Made by a program: the position numbers and the translations under genes. A DNA stretch of 40,922 nt from an uncultured Mycoplasmatota bacterium (GTDB lineage: Bacteria; Bacillota_I; Bacilli_A; RF39; UBA660). This document shows positions 18,545 through 26,079 of the stretch, piece after piece. Under the pieces are notes generated by a model. The model saw nothing but the letters and a program-made list of their open reading frames with translations. It was not told where the DNA came from and searched no databases. Positions within the stretch are counted from its first letter, which is position 1; each line of letters begins with the position of its first letter. Location of the stretch: contig CAOKKL010000002.1 in assembly GCA_948469065.1 (NCBI GenBank), forward strand, positions 1-40,922. The letters run 5' to 3'.

Positions 18545-19525
18545 TTATTCTAAGTTTGATATTTTCCATGTATTATTATCTTTTTTGATTGTTGCGTTTA
18601 ATACTATAAATTTTGTTTCTGTACCCCCAGTACAAAGAAGTCCAGCAATACATTTTGCGTCAATTTCATAATCCATACTTACTTCTATTTTTAACTCATT
18701 ATCACTTATATAATCCCTTATAGAATATTTTAAAGAATCATCTTTTAAATTTTTAAATGTATAACTCTTATGTGAATCTTGCCAACTCTTTTTAAATTTA
18801 TTAGTTGGTAATTCAAAATCATTATTTATAAAATACTCACTAATTGCACTTTTATTATTATCAATAAATCCAACCTGTATTATATCTTTAAATATAGGTT
18901 TAATAATTTCATCTAACTCCTTTACAAATTCCTCTTTAAAGTTGGAAGTATTAAGGTCTTCATAGATAAATTCATCATAATTTCTATCACTTTCAAATTT
19001 CCAATCTTTTAATAATTCATTTGTTGCTAAATATTGATAGTAAACATTTTTAAAAGCATTAAATTTATATGTAGCTTTGTTATCATCTATTCTAGGATCT
19101 GATAGCTCTATACCATCTACACTAACTTTTGATGATTTATATGCTGTAATAGTTCTTTCTTCGTATAGATTATCTATATAAACTTTATTTGACTTTTTAT
19201 CTACTTCTATATTCATAGAATCATTTTCATTAATGGTTAATTTATAATAAATTTTATTATCATCTTCACTTGATTTCATTGGTTTGCATGATGTAATTGT
19301 TTTTTTATTTTCTTTCATTTTTTTAACTAGTAATTCTTTAGCTTCCTCTTTTTTATTAGTAAGCAATTTTTCATTAGGAAAATAGGCAATATCAATCATA
19401 TCTCCGTAATTTTCTTTAATTAATATATCACAATATTGTTCTGCAACTTTATCTGTCTTATTTCCACAACCTGTTAACATGAAAGCCATTAAAATGGCTA
19501 AACTTAAATATTTTATTTTCTTCAT
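18545..19525 (-). CDS. lipoprotein of unknown function (element cargo, gene 4 of 4)
   Basis: 326 aa. Signal peptide with a lipobox (LAILMAFMLTGCGNK). The rest is a hydrophilic mixed alpha/beta region. Confidence 0.75.
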   Translation of the reverse strand: MKKIKYLSLAILMAFMLTGCGNKTDKVAEQYCDILIKENYGDMIDIAYFPNEKLLTNKKEEAKELLVKKMKENKKTITSCKPMKSSEDDNKIYYKLTINENDSMNIEVDKKSNKVYIDNLYEERTITAYKSSKVSVDGIELSDPRIDDNKATYKFNAFKNVYYQYLATNELLKDWKFESDRNYDEFIYEDLNTSNFKEEFVKELDEIIKPIFKDIIQVGFIDNNKSAISEYFINNDFELPTNKFKKSWQDSHKSYTFKNLKDDSLKYSIRDYISDNELKIEVSMDYEIDAKCIAGLLCTGGTETKFIVLNATIKKDNNTWKISNLE

Positions 19526-19545
19526 TTTTTTTAATTCCTTTCTTA

Positions 19546-20154
19546 TTATAAGCTAGATGTATTAATTGTACGATCTGAATTTGTACTAATTAATTGGTAT
19601 ACATTTAAGGTAGCATAGTCTTTATCATAACTATCTACAAATAACATTTCAGTAGTTGACTTATCACAATCATCTTTACACCACATGCTAGACACCTTTA
19701 TCTTTGTTTTTTCTCCTGATTTTAAGCTTATGGTTTCTTTTCCCCTAATTGCAAATGATCTCCCATTAGAATCTTTTAAGAAGAGTATATAACCAATATT
19801 ATCGATGGTTTCTTTTGATGTATTTTTTATAGTAAATTCGTATTCCACATCTCCAGCAAGTGTTTTATTATTATTTACTTTATTTTCTTTATGTTTTAAT
19901 TTAATTCCACTAACAGAAACTTTATCAAAATTTTTCACTTCGTTAAATGTATAATAATTGTATTCTGCTGATGTAGGATGTACTACATTAGCCAAAACGA
20001 CTTTTTCACTACTGCCACTACTTAATAGAGTAATGCCAGCAATTCCGATAATTGCAATAGCTCCACCAATTACAACTTTTTTTACTCCAATTTTTATAAC
20101 TTGATCTTTTATTTTTTTTACAATTTCTTTTCCTTTTTCTAATAAATTATCCAT
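19546..20154 (-). CDS. membrane-anchored small beta-rich extracytoplasmic protein (element cargo, gene 3 of 4)
   Basis: 202 aa. One N-terminal TM helix (VVIGGAIAIIGIAGITLL) followed by a ~140-aa beta-sandwich-like region (EYEFTIKNTSKETIDNIGYILFLKD...). A resemblance to DUF4352 is only a guess. Confidence 0.65.
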   Translation of the reverse strand: MDNLLEKGKEIVKKIKDQVIKIGVKKVVIGGAIAIIGIAGITLLSSGSSEKVVLANVVHPTSAEYNYYTFNEVKNFDKVSVSGIKLKHKENKVNNNKTLAGDVEYEFTIKNTSKETIDNIGYILFLKDSNGRSFAIRGKETISLKSGEKTKIKVSSMWCKDDCDKSTTEMLFVDSYDKDYATLNVYQLISTNSDRTINTSSL

Positions 20155-20178
20155 ATTATTTTACCTCATTTCCTTTTT

Positions 20179-22194
20179 TTAATCTTTTTGATAAGCACTT
20201 TCACATGATATGTCAGTGCATTTCATCACCCTAATTTTAGATTGATCTAAATTAGAAATACCTGTCAATCCTTGTATTTTACCTTTATCATCAACATTAG
20301 TGGGATATATATAATATCCACTTTCAATGTCATAGCCAGTTTCAGTCTTTCCTGTACCAGTAATTATATAATAAGATCCATCATCCTGTTTTTTAACACT
20401 TTGGTATTTTTGTGTACTCCATTTTGTAGTAAATGTTCCATCTTTACTTATAGTTAAAGAACTATTTGAATAAGTACCAACATAACAAGAAAAATCTCCA
20501 TTTAATAATTGTTCCTCACATTTATCTTTTATTTTTCCCTCTAATGTTATAATCGGTATTTTCTTTTCATAGGTAGCTTCTGCTTTAGCTATTTCTAATT
20601 TCCATATATGAAAGTTAGCATATAATCCAGCACTTACAAAAGTACCTATTTCCATTTTCCCGTCTAGTTCATCTTGATTATTAGATTTTATATAATTTAG
20701 TTGTCCATCTGTATATAAACCAACTGGAGCTTTTATACCTGCTTCCATTACTCCCAAAAAACTAATATTAACTTTTGGATCTAAACCAATTTTTGCTTCT
20801 GCTTTTCCTAAAATATCGTAAGAACTATCTTTAACACTTAAATCAAAATCTTTATAGAATCCTTTATTGTTATGTCCGAATAGAATATTGATATTACTTT
20901 TCATAGTTATAGATGATTTTAAAGCAAGTTCTAACTCTTTTAATAAATCTAATTCAAGATTCACAGTAAGTCCAAAAATAGGAGTAGGAATTATATGTTT
21001 TCCAAGTGTATCTTCTTCTTTAGAAGAATCCATTTTTAAATCTTCTAATTTTTCACGAGCAAGTGTTATATTTACTTCTTCATTATCATTAATTTCACTT
21101 TCAAATAATTTAAAGTCATCATCAATAGGATTAATATTAAAATCTGTATTTATATCTATATCAAGACTAGCACCTACATCATGTTTAAAGAAAGTTATCT
21201 CACTATGAGCTTTTAATCTAATAATAAATTCAACATCTAATTTCATATCATGATTTTCTAAAGTATCCTTAAAAATTGATTTTTCACCATGATTCAAGTT
21301 AATACTAACTAAAACTTTAGCACTTCCATCTTTTTGAGATTCTACTTTAACATTAAAAATATCTTCGGCATAAACATTAGGAATAATATTATCTAATATT
21401 CCATCTCTTGCTATGGCAACTTTAATATAGTCTTTTAATTCCTCATTGGTTATAAAATCATTTAATTTTAGATTAAACTCTCCATATACATCTAATTCTT
21501 TAAATAATTCCTCTAGAGTAGGAGCATTTGTTTTAATAGTATATAGATCATTTTCTTTATTTATATTATTTACCTTAAAAGCTATTACTTGATTTTCATT
21601 TTGATAATATAAAATATCATCTTTTTTAAATTCTTTATTAGATGTAATTGTATAATAATTGTCATCAATTTTAACACTTGTAATAATATCTTTATCTACT
21701 TTAATAACATTATCATTTAATACTTGCGTATTTGAATTTGGTCTAACGATTGTAAAATACAAAGTCTTAATATCTTTTAATTTTTCATCTGTGAAAGTTG
21801 CATTCTCTAAAGTGATTTTATATGTTTTTCCTGCTTCATAATTTTTATTAGAAGCTATTACATAATCATTTTTCTTTTTACTTATTTTTGTTTGAATTTC
21901 TTGTTCTTCTTCATCAACAATTTTATATTTTATTTCTTCATCTTGACTAGATACATTAAATTTAATATCAGCATTAGCTTTCATTAAATAATAATCTCCA
22001 TTTTCATATTGTACTAAATAATCACTAGAATCCGTTATTTTTAATGTTTCTCCAACAATAAATTCATCATTTTTATTATTTACCAAATAGTAGATCAGAC
22101 CACCAGCAATAAGTAATATTAAAATAATAATAGGAATAACAAATTTTTTATTTTTCATGTTTTTAAGCACATGGTTTCTAACTTGCTTTTTCAT
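20179..22194 (-). CDS. large membrane-anchored extracytoplasmic protein of unknown function (element cargo, gene 2 of 4)
   Basis: 671 aa. N-terminal TM helix (FVIPIIILILLIAGGLIYYLV) followed by about 630 aa of beta-rich sequence. The C-terminal Cys-containing module is CEEQLLNGDFSCY...CTDISCES. Confidence 0.7.
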   Translation of the reverse strand: MKKQVRNHVLKNMKNKKFVIPIIILILLIAGGLIYYLVNNKNDEFIVGETLKITDSSDYLVQYENGDYYLMKANADIKFNVSSQDEEIKYKIVDEEEQEIQTKISKKKNDYVIASNKNYEAGKTYKITLENATFTDEKLKDIKTLYFTIVRPNSNTQVLNDNVIKVDKDIITSVKIDDNYYTITSNKEFKKDDILYYQNENQVIAFKVNNINKENDLYTIKTNAPTLEELFKELDVYGEFNLKLNDFITNEELKDYIKVAIARDGILDNIIPNVYAEDIFNVKVESQKDGSAKVLVSINLNHGEKSIFKDTLENHDMKLDVEFIIRLKAHSEITFFKHDVGASLDIDINTDFNINPIDDDFKLFESEINDNEEVNITLAREKLEDLKMDSSKEEDTLGKHIIPTPIFGLTVNLELDLLKELELALKSSITMKSNINILFGHNNKGFYKDFDLSVKDSSYDILGKAEAKIGLDPKVNISFLGVMEAGIKAPVGLYTDGQLNYIKSNNQDELDGKMEIGTFVSAGLYANFHIWKLEIAKAEATYEKKIPIITLEGKIKDKCEEQLLNGDFSCYVGTYSNSSLTISKDGTFTTKWSTQKYQSVKKQDDGSYYIITGTGKTETGYDIESGYYIYPTNVDDKGKIQGLTGISNLDQSKIRVMKCTDISCESAYQKD

Positions 22195-23159
22195 TAGTAT
22201 TTTCTCCTACGTCTTTCTTCATCTATATATTTCTGTACGTCATTCATACTTTTAGCTATTGCTTTAAAACTTTCATTATTTTCTTTTTCTCTTTGTTCTC
22301 GTTCTTGACGTTCTCTTTGTTTTTCTCTTGCTTCCTTTTCTAAAATTTTCTTTTTTTCTAATTCTAGCTCATATAATCTTTGACGTTCCAATTCTTGACT
22401 ACGTTCATCTATATATAAATTTATACAATCTGTTAGATTATCACGTCTATTCGTTTCTAAATATTTAATAAATCTCTCTATTGCGTCTTGATTTTGATAA
22501 TCATTATGTAATTCTTTTTTTGTGATTTTTTCTCTTTTTTTGCTATTTTGATCAAGATTTTTTTCTAATTCTTCAATTAAAGTTGTAAGTTCATCTTTTC
22601 TTTGTTCATATATTTTTTTATTTTCAGCAATCACATTATCTTTAGTAGCCATATATCTAATATAGTCTATAAGATACCAAATAAGACATATAGGCAAACA
22701 TACTATTAATGATAAAAACATTCCAAATAAACAAGCTATTACAGAATTCAAATAATAATTAATAGGTAAAATTTTAAATATATTTAATAAGATTAAAATT
22801 CCAACTAGAGATAATATTGTTTTTAATATGCTATCAATTTTCTTATAGATGAAAATAGCTATAATGGATACTAATATAGATATTGGTACGTATAAGGTCA
22901 TTGGTACGTTATAACCTAAAGGATGGAATAACTTTAATACTAGAATTAAAGTAAGTATAGATATTAATATATAAACAATTTTTAAGATAAGATTATTACC
23001 TATGAATTCAAAAATTCTATTAAATCTATGTACTTTTGGCTTTAGTAAAGCTAATTCTTTTGATAAATTAGATTTTTGATCTTGCCAGTTATCTCTTTCA
23101 ATCACTAATTCCTTTAATGATTTTAAATTTTTTATTAGTTTTTCTTTGGTATTCCCCAT
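22194..23159 (-). CDS. polytopic membrane protein with coiled-coil/charged cytoplasmic tails (element cargo, gene 1 of 4)
   Basis: Start moved to ATG 23159 (MGNTKEK), behind an AGGGAGTG RBS. There are 4-5 hydrophobic helices in the middle. The C-terminal tail is KE/R-rich (EKEAREKQRERQEREQREKEN...ERRRRKY). Its stop overlaps the next start (TAATG). Confidence 0.65.
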   Translation of the reverse strand: MGNTKEKLIKNLKSLKELVIERDNWQDQKSNLSKELALLKPKVHRFNRIFEFIGNNLILKIVYILISILTLILVLKLFHPLGYNVPMTLYVPISILVSIIAIFIYKKIDSILKTILSLVGILILLNIFKILPINYYLNSVIACLFGMFLSLIVCLPICLIWYLIDYIRYMATKDNVIAENKKIYEQRKDELTTLIEELEKNLDQNSKKREKITKKELHNDYQNQDAIERFIKYLETNRRDNLTDCINLYIDERSQELERQRLYELELEKKKILEKEAREKQRERQEREQREKENNESFKAIAKSMNDVQKYIDEERRRRKY

Positions 23160-23311
23160 AAATAAAAGCCACACTCCCTAACAATAAATATTTTCTATTT
23201 AAGTATAGCATATTTTTGTTAAAAAAGACACCTATTATAGAACTTTTGCCTATAATATACATATTAAAAACATCTACTATAAATGAGAAAATATATATAG
23301 GTGGTGATAAT

Positions 23312-23581
23312 ATGAATTTTAGCCCTGAAGATGACAGATATATTTACGAATTAGTCAGTAAGAATATAAAGTATTTTAGACTTCATAATAATAGTAAATA
23401 TAGCTCGTATGGGAAAATGACACAAGAACAGCTTGCAGAAAAATGTGATTTAAGTCATAGTCTAATTAGTAACATAGAGTCTTCTAAAGTTCAACAATCT
23501 TTTAGTATCGCCGTACTATATAGAATCTCTCGTGTTTTAGAAATAGACATTAAAGAGTTTTTTGTTGATCGTAAACTTTAA
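23312..23581 (+). CDS. XRE-family HTH regulator
   Basis: Start taken at ATG 23312 (MNFSPEDD), behind an AGGTGGTGA RBS. The HTH_3-like core is MTQEQLAEKCDLSHSLISNIES. It is divergent from the cargo operon. Confidence 0.75.
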   Translation: MNFSPEDDRYIYELVSKNIKYFRLHNNSKYSSYGKMTQEQLAEKCDLSHSLISNIESSKVQQSFSIAVLYRISRVLEIDIKEFFVDRKL

Positions 23582-23631
23582 TATTTATTAATGTTTATAT
23601 AGAGTATGATTTTAAATTTTGTCGAAACTAC

Positions 23632-23675
23632 AAAAAAAGATATGGATTCAATAATTAGATTCCATATCTTTTTAA
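23632..23675 (+). terminator. intrinsic terminator (A-run / 9-13 bp stem / T-run)
   Basis: AAAAAAGATATGGA...TCCATATCTTTTT. The core stem is 23638..23646 paired with 23661..23669. Confidence 0.6.
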
Positions 23676-23805
23676 ATATACCAAAACTTTCTTAATATAT
23701 ACCTTTTTTATAAATTTATTTACCATTATAGGTTATGTTATCATTTATTTGTCAACGAAATACTAGTTAATTGTTGAAAAATAAAAATTGAAAGGACATG
23801 GTATT

Positions 23806-24252
23806 ATGAGTAGAATGATTTCTAAAGAACAACAAATAGAAGAAGCAAAAGAAAGATTAAAGAGACTATCTAAAAAATTCAATTTAAACCCTGTTATCTT
23901 AAATGTTTTTGAGCAAGGAAAAATAAAGGTATTTAGAAATAATGAATTGATTGATCTTGATTCAATGCCTGAATACAAAAAAATGGTTGCTGATTTTGAA
24001 GAAGAGTATAATCACGTTGTCTTTTATTGTATAGAAGAAAAATATAGTTTTGGTAGATGCTTATCTTTGTTATGTGTAGGAAATATAAAAATATATTGGA
24101 AAACAGAGAGATTGTTCCATTATGGATATGATTTTAAATATGAAGATATATATATGATTTCTACATATACATATAATTTAGATGATCCTGATTGCTCTGA
24201 ATTTGGAGATATTCGTATTGCTAGTAAAAATGGTTGTTTGATTAGAATATAG
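23806..24252 (+). CDS. hypothetical protein (element cargo)
   Basis: Start taken at ATG 23806 (MSRMISKEQ), behind a GAAAGGA RBS. 148 aa, soluble, no recognised motif. Confidence 0.6.
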   Translation: MSRMISKEQQIEEAKERLKRLSKKFNLNPVILNVFEQGKIKVFRNNELIDLDSMPEYKKMVADFEEEYNHVVFYCIEEKYSFGRCLSLLCVGNIKIYWKTERLFHYGYDFKYEDIYMISTYTYNLDDPDCSEFGDIRIASKNGCLIRI

Positions 24253-24253
24253 T

Positions 24254-24290
24254 AAAAAATCATAGATTTCAAAAGTCTATGATTTTTTTT
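24254..24290. terminator. bidirectional intrinsic terminator between convergent genes
   Basis: AAAAAATCATAGA-TTTCAAAAG-TCTATGATTTTTTTT. An A-run and a T-run flank the 8-bp core stem (24259..24266 paired with 24276..24283). Confidence 0.65.
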
Positions 24291-24299
24291 GATCAATTA

Positions 24300-24890
24300 T
24301 TAATCTATTTTGGTGCAATTATATTTTGCTTGTTTAGGAGATGGAGATAGAAATAATTTAGCATATTTTTCTTTTAATTGTTCAAGTTCAAAACTAAATG
24401 CTTCTTGTGATATTTCTCCATTTTCTTTTTTTCGTTCTAATAATTTTTTATGATGAAAGTATTCTAGTAAATATTCATTTATAGAAAAATTTAATACTAG
24501 TAATGGATCTTCTTCATTATCTGCTAGTGGGAATTCAATATTAGAAATTTGTTCAAATGCTAATTCAGACATTATTTCATTTTCATTCATATAATCACTT
24601 ATTCCAAATAAATAATCCAAACTAACTTCATGTTTTTTAGCTATTTTCAAAGCTTTATCTAATGTTAACCCACAACTACCTTTTTCAATAGCTCTTAATG
24701 TTTCATCACTAAAACCATCAATTTCATCTAAAAATTCACCAACACTTAACCCTAATTTTTTTCGTAAATCTCTCACTCGGTTTTTAGAAATATTCTTTAC
24801 TTCATGATTTTGGCTATCGACATTTACCTTTTTATCCTCATCATCACTAAATATTTCTTGTATGCTTTCTGTCCTTTTAACCTCTAACAT
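24300..24890 (-). CDS. XRE-family HTH regulator with extra N- and C-terminal regions (candidate element repressor)
   Basis: Start taken at ATG 24890 (MLEVKRT), behind a GAGAGGT RBS. The HTH_3-like core is LGLSVGEFLDEIDGFSDETLRAIEKG...VSLDYLFG. It is divergent from rep. Confidence 0.75.
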   Translation of the reverse strand: MLEVKRTESIQEIFSDDEDKKVNVDSQNHEVKNISKNRVRDLRKKLGLSVGEFLDEIDGFSDETLRAIEKGSCGLTLDKALKIAKKHEVSLDYLFGISDYMNENEIMSELAFEQISNIEFPLADNEEDPLLVLNFSINEYLLEYFHHKKLLERKKENGEISQEAFSFELEQLKEKYAKLFLSPSPKQAKYNCTKID

Positions 24891-24964
24891 ATAATTACCT
24901 CTCATTTAAATATAAATAACAAAACTTTTTCAATAAGTACCTATTTTTACAAATATATTTACCA

Positions 24965-25011
24965 TATAACTTTATTGTAAAATATAGTTATACCTTATAG
25001 CATTTATTGTA
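24965..25011 (+). promoter_or_regulatory. inverted repeat plus two direct repeats upstream of rep (candidate operator or origin)
   Basis: Inverted repeat TATAACT (24965..24971) / AGTTATA (24986..24992) with a 14-nt loop. TTTATTGTA occurs twice (24971..24979 and 25003..25011), 32 bp apart. Confidence 0.3.
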
Positions 25012-25047
25012 TCAAATGTAGCAATATTTAAAAATTTTTGTAAAGGA

Positions 25048-26079
25048 GTGATCATTATAGCTAAACAAGTTAAAAAAGATAGTCAAGCAAGAAGCTATCA
25101 AATTACACAGAATAATCCTAGCAAATATAATATTACTAGAGAAAGTTTTAAGGAAACTATATTAAAATTTAAACCTATTTATTATTGTATTTCGGAAGAA
25201 ATAGGAATTAAAGAAAAAACTCCACATTACCATGCTTATTTTAAGTGTTCTAGTCCAGTAAGATTCTCGACTTGTAAAAAAAGATTTAAATATGCCCATA
25301 TAGAACAAGCTCTTGGAAGTGCAACTGATAATCGTAATTATCTTATGAAAACAGATAAATACATAGATAAAAATGAAACTTTAATTGATTTTGAAGAAGC
25401 TGGAGAGATCCCACAAACTACAAAAGAAAAAAGGTTATCGGAAAAAGCAGAAGTGCTTCAAAAAATAAAGGATAGGAAAACCAATTTAGAAATTATAGAA
25501 GAAAATGAAAATTTATTATTTCATTTAAAAGATATAGAGAATATTAGACAAGAATATCTAAAAGAAAAATATTCAACTGAATTTAGGGATGTTTGCTGTA
25601 CCTTTATATACGGAGCTACAGAAACCTATAAGACAACTTATGTATATTCCAAATATAATGCAAAAGATATTTTTAGGATCTATAATTATCAAAATTTAAA
25701 TTCATTATGGGATGGTTATACGGGACAATCTGTAATCCTATTTGATGAATATAAAGGTCAAATACCTATTGAATTAATGCTGATATTAACGGATCGATTT
25801 CCAGTGCTAAATTTAAACGCAAGGTACAATAATAAAATAGCCATGTACAGTCAAATTTATTATTGCACGAACGAATGTTTTGATAATATTTATGCTTATG
25901 AGAAAGTCATGCACCCTGCAACATATAAAGCATGGGAAAGAAGAATCCATAATATATACGAATTTAGGAAAAATTCTGATGGATCTCCTAATGTTATAGT
26001 CCATAAAGAAACGAAAAAGGAGGGTTTTTCTAATGAACGAACCAAAGAAAATAAAGAAGAAAAAGATCAGACTATCTGA
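25048..26079 (+). CDS. replication initiator with HUH endonuclease + SF3-helicase-like layout
   Basis: Motif I YQITQNNP, motif II PHYHAYF (HUH at 25225..25233), motif III NRNYLMKTDK (YxxK). These are followed by a P-loop-like GATETYKT, Walker B VILFDEY and motif C YYCTNE. The exact start is uncertain because the GTG overlaps the RBS. Confidence 0.8.
   Translation: MIIIAKQVKKDSQARSYQITQNNPSKYNITRESFKETILKFKPIYYCISEEIGIKEKTPHYHAYFKCSSPVRFSTCKKRFKYAHIEQALGSATDNRNYLMKTDKYIDKNETLIDFEEAGEIPQTTKEKRLSEKAEVLQKIKDRKTNLEIIEENENLLFHLKDIENIRQEYLKEKYSTEFRDVCCTFIYGATETYKTTYVYSKYNAKDIFRIYNYQNLNSLWDGYTGQSVILFDEYKGQIPIELMLILTDRFPVLNLNARYNNKIAMYSQIYYCTNECFDNIYAYEKVMHPATYKAWERRIHNIYEFRKNSDGSPNVIVHKETKKEGFSNERTKENKEEKDQTI

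Noticed and set aside
23216-23311. A TTG-initiated 32-codon N-terminal extension (MLKKTPIIELLPIIYILK...) of the XRE regulator appears in the ORF track.
   Set aside because: It has no RBS. The stretch is hydrophobic, promoter-like, AT-rich sequence. The internal ATG at 23312 has a strong AGGTGGTGA RBS and gives a normal-sized HTH protein.
23638-23669. The hairpin loop (TTCAATAATTAGAT) could be a CRESS-type nonanucleotide origin for the HUH Rep.
   Set aside because: The loop does not contain NANTATTAC. The stem is flanked by an A-run and a T-run right after a stop codon, which is the typical shape of an intrinsic terminator.
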